Positions 11,324 to 21,670 of a stretch of DNA of 64,000 nt are shown one piece after another; the first letter of the stretch is position 1; every line of letters starts with the position of its first letter. This stretch comes from an uncultured Chloroflexia bacterium (GTDB taxonomy: Bacteria > Chloroflexota > Limnocylindria > Limnocylindrales > CSP1-4). The stretch spans positions 28,702-92,701 of the forward strand of contig CAVPRZ010000009.1 in assembly GCA_963708065.1 (NCBI GenBank), given 5' to 3'. Under the pieces are notes generated by a model that did no database searches, was not told the DNA's origin, and saw only the letters and a list, made by a program, of their open reading frames with translations. Both the position numbers and the translations under genes were made by a program.

Positions 11324-11399
11324 TGGAGCGGGAGACGGGTCTCGAACCCGCGACATTCAGCTTGGAAGGCTGACGCTCTACCGACTGAGCTACTCCCGC
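11324..11399 (-). tRNA. tRNA-Gly (anticodon UCC), CCA encoded
   Basis: Reverse complement reads GCGGGAGTAGCTCAGTCGGTAGAGCGTCAGCCTTCCAAGCTGAATGTCGCGGGTTCGAGACCCGTCTCCCGCTCCA. The acceptor stem pairs 7/7 and the anticodon loop is CTTCCAA. Confidence 0.9.
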
Positions 11400-11442
11400 C
11401 CGCCAGCCATGGTAGTCGAAGCCGGCAGACATCTGACGGGAA

Positions 11443-12366
11443 TCACTCGGCCGCGGTGATCGGCAGCGCCCGCGGGATGAGCTCGGGAATCCGCTCGAGA
11501 AGGTCCCACAGGGTCGTCGAGAAGGGTGAGGTGGGGCGAGCGCCCGACCGCTCGACTGCGACAATCTGCCGTCGGATGGTGGCGGCTCCGTCGAGCCCGA
11601 CCTCGCGAAGCGAGCCACCCTCAATGGCGTCGGCGATCGCCGTGCCGGGGAGGAGCGCCACGCCGAGCCCGCGTTCGACCATTCGCTTTGCCGCCTCGAT
11701 GTTGTCGACCTCGGTGACCCCGCGAGGGACGACGCCGGCAACTCGGAAGAGGGCATTCGTCAGGTCGTAGTAGCTCGACGTTCGGTCGAACAGGATCAGC
11801 TGTGCGTGCTTGATCTCCGATACGTCGACCGTGCCCGCCACGGCGAACGGGTGGTCCGGACGGGCAACGAGGACGAGCTCGTCCTCATAGAGCGGGCGGC
11901 TGCGGACGCGCACGTCGCGGAGCTGGCGGACGATTCCGAGTTCGACCTCGCCACGAACCACGAGGTCGACGATCTCCTCCGAATGCCCGGTCCTCACGCG
12001 CAGCCGAACGTCAGGGTGTCTCTCCGTGAAGCGGACCAGGATCTCCGGCAGGACGTAGGCGCTGACCGCCGGAGCAACCGCCAGCGCGAGCTCACCGACG
12101 ACGCCGTGTTCGAGTTCGCGGACGAGCGAACCGCCGCTCCGGATCGCCTCGATCGCGCGGTCGGCGTGGGGAAGGAAGGCGCGACCGGCCGGCGTCAGGA
12201 CCATCCCCGTGTGCGTCCGCTGGAAGAGAGCTGCAGCGAGCTCCTCCTCGAGCGCCTGGAGCCGCGCCGTCAGCGCCGGCTGGCTGATCGAAAGGGCATC
12301 CGCTGCGCGCCGCATGTTCCCCAATCGGGCGATCTCGACGAAGCCTTCGATCTGGGCGAGGAGCAT
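11443..12366 (-). CDS. LysR family transcriptional regulator
   Basis: HTH MLLAQIEGFVEIARLGNMRRAADALSISQPALTARLQALEEEL plus a LysR substrate-binding domain. The ATG at 12366 is preferred over the TTG at 12381. Divergent from isocitrate lyase. Confidence 0.85.
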   Translation of the reverse strand: MLLAQIEGFVEIARLGNMRRAADALSISQPALTARLQALEEELAAALFQRTHTGMVLTPAGRAFLPHADRAIEAIRSGGSLVRELEHGVVGELALAVAPAVSAYVLPEILVRFTERHPDVRLRVRTGHSEEIVDLVVRGEVELGIVRQLRDVRVRSRPLYEDELVLVARPDHPFAVAGTVDVSEIKHAQLILFDRTSSYYDLTNALFRVAGVVPRGVTEVDNIEAAKRMVERGLGVALLPGTAIADAIEGGSLREVGLDGAATIRRQIVAVERSGARPTSPFSTTLWDLLERIPELIPRALPITAAE

Positions 12367-12391
12367 CGGCACCGTCTCCAAGAGACTTCAG

Positions 12392-12410
12392 TGATCAGTA
12401 GGATTGATCA
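12392..12410. promoter_or_regulatory. TGATCA-N7-TGATCA dyad in the AT-rich LysR/ICL divergent intergenic region (candidate operator)
   Basis: Seen directly. The flanking ATCATATATTCGAT imperfect palindrome lies in the only conspicuously AT-rich patch of this region. Confidence 0.25.
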
Positions 12411-12481
12411 AACACTATCATATATTCGATTGGACTGATGGACGGGAAGGTCGTAGAGTTGGCCCCCCAACGCGATGAAGG

Positions 12482-12682
12482 GTGTTTCCTATGGAACTCA
12501 ATGTCGACATGCGTCAGCCAGCGCACCAAACGACCGGCTCAGCGGAGCCTTCGCATCCGTGGGTCTTCGGCCCGAACGCGGTCGTCGACAGGCCACGCGT
12601 CACGGCGGGCGGGCTCCCCTACAGCTCCTGGGCCGAGTGCGAGTGCCCCGACGATTGCCCGAGAGACCACGAGAACGAATGA
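12482..12682 (+). CDS. small Cys-rich protein upstream of and overlapping the ICL start (candidate)
   Basis: 66-codon ORF ending ...[17 protein letters not shown]. The third-position G/C of its last ~40 codons is far higher than in the alternative frame. Its TGA (12680-12682) overlaps the ICL ATG (12679-12681). Confidence 0.35.
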   Translation: MFPMELNVDMRQPAHQTTGSAEPSHPWVFGPNAVVDRPRVTAGGLPYSSWAECECPDDCPRDHENE

Positions 12683-15030
12683 CACCAGCGCTCAGTCAGA
12701 CCGCGGCGCCGGTGGCTTCGGACGCGGATCCTGCGACGCCGATAGCCGCTGAACGCGTGGGGATCGCGACGGACTCATTCGAAACGCAAGTCGCGGCGGC
12801 CCGCGAGTGGTTCGCAATGCCGCGGTTCGAAGGCATCGTTCGCCTCCATACCGCGCGGGAGGTCGCCGCCCAACAGGGCTCGATCCAGCCGGACTACACC
12901 GTCGCCCGAACAGCGGCGGAAGCGTTCTATGCCCGACTTCGCGAACTGTTCTCCCGGGGCGAGCAGATCACGACCTTCGGCCCGTATTCACCCGGCCAGG
13001 CCGTGGTGATGAAGCGGCTGGGAATCGAAGCGATCTACCTCGGCGGCTGGGCAACCTCTGCGAAGGGGTCGAAGACGGAGGACCCCGGTCCGGATCTTGC
13101 GAGCTACCCGCTCGGCCAGGTCCCCGACGAGGCGGCCGGACTGGTCCGCGCGCTCCTCGCGGCGGACAAGAATCAGCATTTCGCTCGCGCGAACATGGAC
13201 GACGAGCAGCGACGAGCCGCGCCGGAGGTCGACTTCCGCCCGTTCATCATCGCCGACGCCGATACCGGCCATGGCGGCGACGCCCACGTTCGGAATCTCA
13301 TCCGTCGATTCGTCGAGATCGGCGTCCCGGGCTACCACATCGAGGACCAGAAACCGGGCGCCAAGAAATGCGGCCACCAGAGCGGCAAGGTCCTGGTGGC
13401 CCAGGACGAGCAGAACAAGCGGCTCAATGCGGCGCGCCTGCAGCTGGACATCATGCGGGTGCCGGGCATCATCGTCGCCCGGACCGATGCCGAGGCCGCG
13501 ACGTTCCTCGACAACCGCAGCGACGAGCGGGACCAGCCGTTCATCCTCGGGGCGACGAACCCGGACCTGCCGAGCTACCGAGTCGGCTTTCTGGCGATCC
13601 AGAAGTCCCTCCGCGATCTCGGGCTGGACGATATCCGGGGTCACCTCCTGTTCGCGGTGCCCGACGACGACCTGCGGAAGGCCATGGCCTGGCTCGCCCA
13701 GGTCGGGCTGATGTCATTGATCGAGCGGACCGCTCGCGAGGCCGAAGGCGAGGCTCGGGTCGAGAAACTGCTTGACGCAATCGACACCCGGTACGCCGAG
13801 ATCTGGCAGGCGGAAGCGGGCCTCAAGACCTATGGCGAGGCAGTTGCCGACGTCCTGGAACTCCGGATCAGCGAGGGCGAACGGTTCGACCTGACCCTCG
13901 AGGATTGGCACGCGTTCGCCACCGGCGCGTCCTTCTCGGAAGTCCGTGCGAAGGCGGACGCACTCGACGTCCGGGTGACCTGGGATCCCGAGGCGCCGAA
14001 GACCCCGGACGGCTACTACCAGGTCCAGGGCGGGATCGACTACGCGATCGCCAAGTCTCTTGCTGCGGCGCCGTTCGCCGACCTGCTCTGGATGGAGACG
14101 AAGACCGCTGATCTCGAGGACGCACGACGATTCGCGAAGGCGATCCATGCCGAGTACCCGGACAAGATGCTCGCGTACAACCTGTCGCCGTCGTTCAACT
14201 GGGACACCACCGGCCTGGGCGACGACGAGATGCGGCGCTTCCCCGAGGACCTCGGCAAGCTTGGCTTCGTCTTCAACTTCATCACCTACGGAGGCCACCA
14301 GATCGACGGCCTCGCCGCCGAGGAGTTCGCCACGGCGCTTCGAGAAGACGGAATGCTCGCCCTCGCCCGCCTCCAGCGCAAGTTCCGACTGCTCGAATCT
14401 CCCTACCGGACGCCCCAATCCCTCGTCGGTGGAGACCGGCTGGACGCGGCTCTGATGGCCGCTTCCGGGCGGACCGCAGCGACGAAGGCGATGGGCAAGA
14501 GCTCAACCCAACATCAACACCTCGTCCAGACCGAGGTGCCGACGAAGCTGCTCGAGGGATGGCTCGCGGCATGGGCGAACCAGTGGGATCGGCCGGGAAG
14601 GATTCACGTCGAGCTGCGGCCCCACACGGCAGGCTCCGACCTCCTGGAGCTTCGAGTGCTCGACGACTCCGATGCCCTCCTCGCCAACATGATCTTCGCG
14701 AGTATCGCGGACCGTCGGGGCCGGAGCATCCTCTCGATCCGTGATCAGAACACGGCGCCATCGATCCGCCGAAGACGGCTGATGACACTCGTCCAGCTCT
14801 TCCTGATCCATCGCTACCGTGCTGACTCGCTGCACTATCTCACCCCAACCGAGGACAACCGGTTGCAGACGCAGGGGATGCAGGATCTGGGCATCTTCAC
14901 GGTCGTGCGGACCGAGATCGGTCAGATCATCGTCGCGGAGGTCGACCGGGAACGGGTCGGCCAGCTGATCCGGCCCGAAGCCGACTCCCTCGCGGAGCTG
15001 ATCCGGAAGCCGATGCCACAGCCCGCGTAG
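12679..15030 (+). CDS. aceA: isocitrate lyase, long actinobacterial ICL2-type
   Basis: Catalytic [10 protein letters not shown] motif, [20 protein letters not shown]. About 784 aa with an extra C-terminal domain, as in mycobacterial AceAb/ICL2. Confidence 0.9.
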   Translation: MTPALSQTAAPVASDADPATPIAAERVGIATDSFETQVAAAREWFAMPRFEGIVRLHTAREVAAQQGSIQPDYTVARTAAEAFYARLRELFSRGEQITTFGPYSPGQAVVMKRLGIEAIYLGGWATSAKGSKTEDPGPDLASYPLGQVPDEAAGLVRALLAADKNQHFARANMDDEQRRAAPEVDFRPFIIADADTGHGGDAHVRNLIRRFVEIGVPGYHIEDQKPGAKKCGHQSGKVLVAQDEQNKRLNAARLQLDIMRVPGIIVARTDAEAATFLDNRSDERDQPFILGATNPDLPSYRVGFLAIQKSLRDLGLDDIRGHLLFAVPDDDLRKAMAWLAQVGLMSLIERTAREAEGEARVEKLLDAIDTRYAEIWQAEAGLKTYGEAVADVLELRISEGERFDLTLEDWHAFATGASFSEVRAKADALDVRVTWDPEAPKTPDGYYQVQGGIDYAIAKSLAAAPFADLLWMETKTADLEDARRFAKAIHAEYPDKMLAYNLSPSFNWDTTGLGDDEMRRFPEDLGKLGFVFNFITYGGHQIDGLAAEEFATALREDGMLALARLQRKFRLLESPYRTPQSLVGGDRLDAALMAASGRTAATKAMGKSSTQHQHLVQTEVPTKLLEGWLAAWANQWDRPGRIHVELRPHTAGSDLLELRVLDDSDALLANMIFASIADRRGRSILSIRDQNTAPSIRRRRLMTLVQLFLIHRYRADSLHYLTPTEDNRLQTQGMQDLGIFTVVRTEIGQIIVAEVDRERVGQLIRPEADSLAELIRKPMPQPA

Positions 15031-15118
15031 CGTCGAGGCTTGGGTCTCGTCGGCCGTGTGAACGGCGGCCGTTCCGGTCACCGCCCGCTCAGATGATGCG
15101 GGTGCTTCGGCACCGCCA

Positions 15119-16456
15119 TCAGTCGCCAGGCGGCACCTCCAGCGCGTCGCGTGCCGCCTCGACCGCCGCCACCACGAAGCCGTCGACGTCGGCCTCGTCG
15201 AGCGGCGTCATCAGCGCGCCCATCCCGCGCGGGGCGGTGAGGTAGCCCGCGACGAGCATGCCGAGATGGAACCGCGCGGCGCGGGCCTTCGACGCGGCCG
15301 CAACCACGGGATCGCCCTCGGTCCGGCCCGTCGCCAGGCTGCCGGCATCCTCGGCTCCCGACCCGAGGTGGACCTGGAACAGGGACGCCAGCCCGGTGAC
15401 CCGGGCGTCGAGCCCGGCCGTCGCGAAGCCCCCTGTCAGGCCGTCGCGCAGCCGGTCGCCGAGGGCGGCCAGCCGCTCGTAGACGGGTGGAGTGAGCTGG
15501 CGGAGCGTCGCGAGCCCGGCCGCCATCGTGATCGGGTTGCCGTTGAACGTCCCGCCGTGGACGAGCGCGTCGGGCCGGCGCGCGTCGAGCCGGTCCATGA
15601 TCTCGGCGCTCCCGCCGAACGCGCCGACCGGGTGGCCGCCGCCGATGATCTTGCCGAGCGCCGTCAGGTCCGGCTCGATGCCGTAGACGCCCTGGGCACC
15701 ACCCGGCCCGACCCGGAACGTGATGACCTCGTCGAAGACGAGGAGCATCCCGTGGCGCCGGGTGTACGCCCGCAGGTCGGCCAGGAAGCCGGGATCCGCC
15801 GGGACCATCCCGGCGACCCCCTGGATCGGCTCGACGATGATCGCCGCGACCTCCCGCTCCCGGCCGGCCAGCGCCCGCTCGACACCGGCCATGTCGTTGA
15901 ACGGCAGGTCGATGACGAGCTCGCCGAGCCGGGCCGGCACCCCGAGCGAGCCGGCCATCGCCAGGTCATGCGTCCCGTGGTACGCCCCCGCGAACCGGGC
16001 GATCACGTCGCGGCCGGTGTGCGCCCGGGCGAGGCGGAGGGCGAACATCGTCGCCTCGGTCCCCGAGTTGGTGAACCGGACCCGCTCGATGGACGGGACG
16101 CGCCCGACGATCTCCTCGGCCAGCTCGATCTCGAGCTCGGTCGGCGCGGCGAAGGCCGACCCGCGCCGGAGCTGCGCCTCGACGGCGGCGACGACCGCCG
16201 GGTGGGCGTGACCGAGGATGAGCGACGTGTAGTTGCCGAGGAAGTCGAGGTACGTGTTGCCGTCGACGTCGGTCAGGGTCGCCCCAGCGCCCGAGACGAT
16301 GTACGGCGGGTAAGGCTCGCTGAACGTCGTCGTCCGAGTCGAGCCGCCGGGCAGGACCCGGGCTGCCCGATCGAGCAGGACGGCCGACCCGGGTGTCCGG
16401 TCGGCATACCGATCGATGACGGACTGTCGCGCGTGACGCTCGACGGGGGCGGTCAT
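15119..16456 (-). CDS. class III (aspartate aminotransferase fold) aminotransferase / glutamate-1-semialdehyde aminomutase-like
   Basis: 445 aa; VRFTNSGTEATMFALRLARAHTGR and LVFDEVITFR motifs. Confidence 0.85.
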   Translation of the reverse strand: MTAPVERHARQSVIDRYADRTPGSAVLLDRAARVLPGGSTRTTTFSEPYPPYIVSGAGATLTDVDGNTYLDFLGNYTSLILGHAHPAVVAAVEAQLRRGSAFAAPTELEIELAEEIVGRVPSIERVRFTNSGTEATMFALRLARAHTGRDVIARFAGAYHGTHDLAMAGSLGVPARLGELVIDLPFNDMAGVERALAGREREVAAIIVEPIQGVAGMVPADPGFLADLRAYTRRHGMLLVFDEVITFRVGPGGAQGVYGIEPDLTALGKIIGGGHPVGAFGGSAEIMDRLDARRPDALVHGGTFNGNPITMAAGLATLRQLTPPVYERLAALGDRLRDGLTGGFATAGLDARVTGLASLFQVHLGSGAEDAGSLATGRTEGDPVVAAASKARAARFHLGMLVAGYLTAPRGMGALMTPLDEADVDGFVVAAVEAARDALEVPPGD

Positions 16457-16504
16457 CGCTCTCCTCGCAGGGTTCTTGCGGCCTCGGCTGTCGCCTGTCC
16501 GACG

Positions 16505-17488
16505 TTACCTTGGCACGAACTTCTGGATGCTGCGATTGCCGCGATCGAGCCCGGACCACGACTCTGCGGCTTCCGCGACGTAGAAGGACCCTGCGGAGTC
16601 GACCGCGATCCCATGAGGCATGCAGAACAGGCCGGCTCCCGGCTCGTTGCGGACCCGTCCCCTGACCATCGGATCGCGCGCCGGCGCGTCGGGCAGGGCC
16701 GCGGCCGCGCCGCCGTCGGAGTCGTCGACCTCGACGCCATCGCCCCACCGGGCCAGCACCGCGCCCGTCCGGTCCAGGACGGTCACCCGGTGCGGGAGCT
16801 CGGCGACGTAGAACGCGCCGTCGGGGCCCTTCCGGACGCTCTGCGGCATGCTCAGGTTGGCCCACTCGCCAAGGTACGCGCCATCGGGCCGGAAGAACTG
16901 GACCCGGTTGTTGAACCGGTCGGCCGCGTAGATCGTGTCGCCGTCGGCATGGTCGATGTAGACGCTGTGGACGGTGTCGAACTCGCCGGGGCCATGGCCG
17001 GGGGCGCCCCACGAGAACTTGAGCGTTCCGTCGGGGCCGAAGCAGTGGATCCGCGCCCCGCCGTGGCCGTCGCTGACGTAGATGTCGCCGTTGGATCCGA
17101 CCGTCGCGTGGGACGGTCGGTTGAACGGCTTCCCGGTCGCGATCGGGGCGGGCTGGTAGGCCGTCCCGAGGGTCATGACGAGCTTGCCGTCCCTGGTCCA
17201 CTTGCGGACCGTGTGGTCGCGGCTGTCGGCGGTGTAGACGAAGCCGTCGATCCCGACGCTGAGCCCGTGCGGGAAGGTGAAGTAGTTCGGGCCAAACTCG
17301 CCCCAGGCGTCGAGGAAGCGGCCGTCCTTGTCGAAGATCATCACCGGGTGCGTGCCCCGGCAGAAGACGTAGACGTTGTCGTCGCCGTCGACGCCGACGT
17401 CGGCGACCTCGACGAAGGTCCACCCTTTTGGACGCTGGAAGAAGCCGTCGACGACCTGGTATCGGTCGCGCCCGATCTCGACGTTCAT
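16505..17488 (-). CDS. NHL-repeat beta-propeller protein (peptidylglycine-amidating-lyase-like)
   Basis: Start MNVEIGRDRY at 17488, preceded by GGAGG. Repeated units of the form ...DGNIYVxD / FxxPHGIAVD. Confidence 0.75.
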   Translation of the reverse strand: MNVEIGRDRYQVVDGFFQRPKGWTFVEVADVGVDGDDNVYVFCRGTHPVMIFDKDGRFLDAWGEFGPNYFTFPHGLSVGIDGFVYTADSRDHTVRKWTRDGKLVMTLGTAYQPAPIATGKPFNRPSHATVGSNGDIYVSDGHGGARIHCFGPDGTLKFSWGAPGHGPGEFDTVHSVYIDHADGDTIYAADRFNNRVQFFRPDGAYLGEWANLSMPQSVRKGPDGAFYVAELPHRVTVLDRTGAVLARWGDGVEVDDSDGGAAAALPDAPARDPMVRGRVRNEPGAGLFCMPHGIAVDSAGSFYVAEAAESWSGLDRGNRSIQKFVPR

Positions 17489-17636
17489 GGAGCCTCCACT
17501 GACCTGCTTCGAGTGGAGCGTAGCGCCGGTGCGACGGCTCCGGAGACGCGTCTTCCGGCCGTGACCGGCTGCTCGTTGCTGGGGCGCACCGGGACTATCG
17601 ACGGTTAACCCCAGGACCATTGACAGGGGCCCGGCC

Positions 17637-19457
17637 ATGCCGCTGTATTGGCTGACCCACCCAAACCGAGGAGGCCTCGCCATCGCCACGCCAGTCGCCG
17701 CCGATACCGCTGCAACCGTGTCCATTGTCGCCACCGCGCCGGCTGGCACCGTGCCCACCGCAACCGTCACGGCGACTGCCGTCGCCCTCGAGCTCAAGGC
17801 GCTCGGCGTCGAGCACCTCTTCCTCATGACCGGCCGTGACAACAAGCTCTGGATCGCCCTCGAGTCGGTCGGGATCCGTCACGTCCTGGCCCGGAGCGAG
17901 GCGACCGCGGTCTACATGGCCGACGCGTACGCCCGGCTGCGCGGCCGGCCGGCCTTCGTCTACGGCGCCTACGGCCCGGGCGCGGCGAACGTCGCCGGTG
18001 CCCTGGCCGAGCCGTACTGGTCCGGCAGTCCGGTCGTCGCCCTCACCTCCGCGATGCGGCGAGCCGAGCGCTCGCGCAAGGAGTACCAGGAGCTCGACCA
18101 GGGACCGCTGTTCTCGTCGGTGACGAAGTGGGGAGTCGAGGCCTCGGTGCCGGTCCAGGTCCCGCGCCTCGTCCGGGAGGCTGCCCGGCGCGCGGTCAGC
18201 GGCGCCCCGGGCCCGATCTACCTCGGCATTCCCGGTGACCTGTTCGAGACGGACATCGCCGACTACCGCGCGCCCGACGAAGGCGCCACGCCGGTCGAGC
18301 TGCCCCTGACGAGACCCGCCCCGACAGCCTCGGACGCCGAGGCAGTGATCCGGATCCTCAGCGGCGCCAGCCGACCGATGATCCTCGCCGGCAGCGGGAT
18401 CCACTGGTCGGGGGCCCACGCCGCCCTCCGCGCCGTCGCGGAGCGGCTCGCGATCCCGGTCGTCACGAGCAACGCGGGCAAGGGCAGCATCGCCGAGACG
18501 CACGACCTCGCCCTCGGCAGCGTCGGCCGCTACTCGCGCAACTACGCCAACGCCGCGCTCCGCGACGCCGATGCGATCCTGGCGATCGGGACCCAGCTGG
18601 GCGGGCTCGTGACCGACTCCTACAAGCTCGTCAGCCCGGAGGCTGCGCTCATCCACGTGTCGATCGATCCCGACGTCGTCGGCCTCAACTTCCCGACCCA
18701 CCTCGGTCTCGTGGCGGACGCCCGGACCTTCCTCGAGGCGATGCTCGACGCCTGCGACCGGCTGGAGGCCGGCCCGTCACCTGCCTCGGAGGCGCAGGTT
18801 GCCCGCCTGGCCGGCGAACGCGCCGCCTGGCGCGAGCGGCGCGACGCCCTGGCGGCCCAGGACGGCAACGGCGGCGGCGCGATGCGGCCAGAGGCGATCA
18901 TGGCCGAGATCGAGGCCCAGATGGCCGACGACGCGATCATCGTCGCCGACACCGGCTACGCGGCCGCCTGGGCCGGCGCCCTCGCCGAGATCCGAACGGC
19001 CGGCCGGAACTTCCTCCGCGCCGACGGGTCGCTCGGCTGGGCGTTCCCGGGCGCGCTCGGGGCCCAGCTGGCCGAGCCCGACAAGCAGGTGATCTGCGTC
19101 ATCGGCGACGGCGGCTTCGGCTACCACATCGGCGACATCGAGACGGCCCTCCGCCTCCAGCTCCCGGTCGTGGTCGTCATCCTCAACAACCAGACGCTGG
19201 CGTTCGAGGAGCACGTCCAGACCCTGCTCTACGGCCACGTTGTCCCCGAGGTCAACGAGTTCCGCGACGTCGACTACGGCGGGGTTGCCCGATCGTTCGG
19301 CGCCCAGGGCATGCGGGTCACCAACGCCCAGGACTTCGGCCGCGCGCTGGCGATCGGCCTCGAGCGGCGCGCCCCGACGATCATCGACGCGGTCATCGAC
19401 CGCCAGGCAATCGCCCCGGTCACCCGGTACGACCGCGTCCGAATCCGCGAGCTATGA
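17637..19457 (+). CDS. thiamine-diphosphate-dependent enzyme (acetolactate synthase-like)
   Basis: GVEHLFLMTG...SEATAVYMADAYARL...GPGAANV and the ThDP-binding GDGGFGY...NN motif. The true start may be downstream of 17637 because the N-terminal 50 aa are atypical. Confidence 0.85.
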   Translation: MPLYWLTHPNRGGLAIATPVAADTAATVSIVATAPAGTVPTATVTATAVALELKALGVEHLFLMTGRDNKLWIALESVGIRHVLARSEATAVYMADAYARLRGRPAFVYGAYGPGAANVAGALAEPYWSGSPVVALTSAMRRAERSRKEYQELDQGPLFSSVTKWGVEASVPVQVPRLVREAARRAVSGAPGPIYLGIPGDLFETDIADYRAPDEGATPVELPLTRPAPTASDAEAVIRILSGASRPMILAGSGIHWSGAHAALRAVAERLAIPVVTSNAGKGSIAETHDLALGSVGRYSRNYANAALRDADAILAIGTQLGGLVTDSYKLVSPEAALIHVSIDPDVVGLNFPTHLGLVADARTFLEAMLDACDRLEAGPSPASEAQVARLAGERAAWRERRDALAAQDGNGGGAMRPEAIMAEIEAQMADDAIIVADTGYAAAWAGALAEIRTAGRNFLRADGSLGWAFPGALGAQLAEPDKQVICVIGDGGFGYHIGDIETALRLQLPVVVVILNNQTLAFEEHVQTLLYGHVVPEVNEFRDVDYGGVARSFGAQGMRVTNAQDFGRALAIGLERRAPTIIDAVIDRQAIAPVTRYDRVRIREL

Positions 19458-20452
19458 CCCTCATCGCGCCGGACGTCGCCATCCCGGATCGGCCCGGGGT
19501 GGAGACCGTCCGCCGGCTCGCCGAGCGCTGCTCGAACTGGGGCCGATGGGGCGCGGACGACGAGCTCGGGACGCTCAATCACATCGGCCCGGACGAGGTC
19601 GCGGCAGCCGCCGGCCTCGTGCGAACCGGCCGGGTGTTCTCGCTCTCGATCCCGGTCGACGAGAATGGCCCGCAGACCGGCGGGTTCGGTCGGTTCAACC
19701 CGATCCATCTGATGATCCGCGACGGCAACGGCGCGGCAACGGGGACGACGGTCCGCGACTTCTATGGCGGCCGGGACCGCTGGATCCGCGGCACCGACGA
19801 CCTGCTCATCCTGCCGCTCCAGTCCGGGACCCAGTGGGATTCGCTCGCCCACATCGTGTTCGATAACCGGATCTACAACGGCTACGACGCGACGTCGGTG
19901 GGGAGCAAGGGGGCGATCCGCAACGACATCGCCAACGCGCGCGACCGTGTCGTCGGACGAGGGGTCCTGCTCGACATCCCACGAGCCAAGAGCCGGCCGT
20001 GGCTCGAGCCCGGCGAGGCCATCCACGCCGAGGATCTCGAGGCCTGCGAGCGCGCCCAGGGGGTGACCGTCGGTCGTGGCGACATCGTCCTGGTCCGGAC
20101 CGGCCAGGTCGCCCAGTGTCGCGACGCCGGGAGCTGGGGTGCGTACGCCGGAGGCCCGGCCCCGGGGCTGGCCCTCGACGCCGCGCCGTGGATCTTCGAT
20201 CGCGAGCTGGCCGCGGTCGCGACCGACACCTGGGGGATGGAGGTCCTGCCGAACCAGACGGAGGACGTCTTCCAGCCGCTCCACATCATCCTGATCGTTC
20301 ACACCGGCCTGCTCGTGGGCGAGATCTTCGATCTCGAGGCCCTGGCCGAGGATTGCGCCGCGGACGGGCGCTACGAGTTCCTGATCTCGGCCGCGCCGCT
20401 CCCGATCACAGGCGGCGTCGGCTCGCCCGTGAACCCACTCGCGATCAAGTAG
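19454..20452 (+). CDS. cyclase-family protein (arylformamidase/kynurenine-formamidase-like)
   Basis: 332 aa. The start overlaps the upstream stop (ATGA). SNWGRWGADDELGTLNHI signature of the putative-cyclase family. Confidence 0.8.
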   Translation: MTLIAPDVAIPDRPGVETVRRLAERCSNWGRWGADDELGTLNHIGPDEVAAAAGLVRTGRVFSLSIPVDENGPQTGGFGRFNPIHLMIRDGNGAATGTTVRDFYGGRDRWIRGTDDLLILPLQSGTQWDSLAHIVFDNRIYNGYDATSVGSKGAIRNDIANARDRVVGRGVLLDIPRAKSRPWLEPGEAIHAEDLEACERAQGVTVGRGDIVLVRTGQVAQCRDAGSWGAYAGGPAPGLALDAAPWIFDRELAAVATDTWGMEVLPNQTEDVFQPLHIILIVHTGLLVGEIFDLEALAEDCAADGRYEFLISAAPLPITGGVGSPVNPLAIK

Positions 20453-20455
20453 CCC

Positions 20456-21670
20456 TCAGGGCTGCGGGGCCGCCGTCCGCCGGAGCCGGGCACGGGACCG
20501 GTCCAGGCGCCGCCCGACCGAGTGCCAGACCGCCGCCGCCGCGGGCATCGGGTCCCGCCACCAGAAGAGACAGCGGTCGCCACGCAGCCACGGCCTGAGG
20601 ACCGGTCCCTCCGGCTGCCGGATCGAGCGCCAGGCGCGAGCGATGGCGGTGGCGTCGAGGATCTCGTACATGCCGTACCGGCCGACCTGCAACGAGGTCG
20701 AGGCCGGCACCGGGAGGCCCTGGGCGTCGTGGTAGCTCATCCACGGCAGGTCCAGCCCGGACCGAACGACATGGCTGATAAGCCAGAACGGCCGGGCGTT
20801 GACCTCGATGATCTTGTACACGCCATCCCGGTCGTCACGCTTGAACTCGACCATGAAGATGCCCCGGTACCGAACCTCGGCGAGGAGCTTCCGGAGGGCC
20901 GGGACGGCGTCCTCGACCTCGGCCAGCGGGATCGTCACGTCGAGGCAGGTGTTGGCGATCCTCGGCGGGTCCATCCGGACCCGCCGCCGGGCGTCCATCG
21001 ACACGATCGCCCCGCTGCGGTCCACGAAGCCGTCGATGATGATCGTGTTGCCGAGGCCTCCCGGGATCCAGTCCTGGAGCATGAAGGTGATCCCTGCCCC
21101 GCGCGCCTGCTCGATCCGCTGGACGGCCTCCGCGCGGGAGTGCACGAAGAACCCCTTCGTGCCGAAGCGGCGGTTGTGGAGGTGGGACTCGGTGGGCTTG
21201 AGGAAGCCGGACACGAGCTCCTCATCGGTGACCCCGTCGAGGTCTCCCGGCTCGCTGATCAGGTGCGTCCGCGGTCGCGGGATGTCGAGGCGCTCGACCA
21301 GGGCCCGGAATCGGTCCTTGTCGACGAGCTGCTCGATCACCTCGCGAGAGGCGATGCTGGCAGGAAACCGCTCGCGGAGCTCCTCCGGCAGCCCGGCGAC
21401 CGCGAGGGCCCATTGGTCGCTGCAGGCGATCAGCACGGCTCGCGGCAGGCTGAGCGACTCGAGGAACGCGGCCAGCGCGCCGCTGTCCGGAGACTCGATC
21501 AGCGTGTGTTCGGTCGGCCGGTACCAGCGTGACCGGACGATGATGTTCGAGGTCTCATCCGCGACGTAGCACTCGACTCCATGACGGGCAAGGACGCGCA
21601 GGACGCCGAGCGCGGCGAGGTGGGCGCCAAAGATCAGGACGGGCACGCGCGGGCTGGGGCTCATGGGCAC
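20456..21670 (-). CDS. ATP-grasp domain protein (carboxylate-amine ligase-like)
   Basis: 404 aa; DKDRFRALVERLDIPRPRT...FLKP...FMLQDWIPG...GIFMVEFKRD...YKIIEVNARP. Confidence 0.75.
   Translation of the reverse strand: MPMSPSPRVPVLIFGAHLAALGVLRVLARHGVECYVADETSNIIVRSRWYRPTEHTLIESPDSGALAAFLESLSLPRAVLIACSDQWALAVAGLPEELRERFPASIASREVIEQLVDKDRFRALVERLDIPRPRTHLISEPGDLDGVTDEELVSGFLKPTESHLHNRRFGTKGFFVHSRAEAVQRIEQARGAGITFMLQDWIPGGLGNTIIIDGFVDRSGAIVSMDARRRVRMDPPRIANTCLDVTIPLAEVEDAVPALRKLLAEVRYRGIFMVEFKRDDRDGVYKIIEVNARPFWLISHVVRSGLDLPWMSYHDAQGLPVPASTSLQVGRYGMYEILDATAIARAWRSIRQPEGPVLRPWLRGDRCLFWWRDPMPAAAAVWHSVGRRLDRSRARLRRTAAPQP

Noticed and set aside
11324-11399. tRNA-Gly as an integration site for an island
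   Set aside because: No duplicated tRNA 3' half, no integrase, and both flanks (pxpA, LysR/ICL) look like ordinary core genes of typical composition.
12475-12678. N-terminal extension of isocitrate lyase back to 12475
   Set aside because: Third-position G/C in that frame is poor compared with the overlapping small ORF frame. The ICL homology region begins well after the ATG at 12679.
15266-17608. 780-aa plus-strand ORF antisense to the aminotransferase and NHL genes
   Set aside because: Arg/Asp/Pro/Gly-rich with no motifs. The opposite strand carries two well-supported genes.
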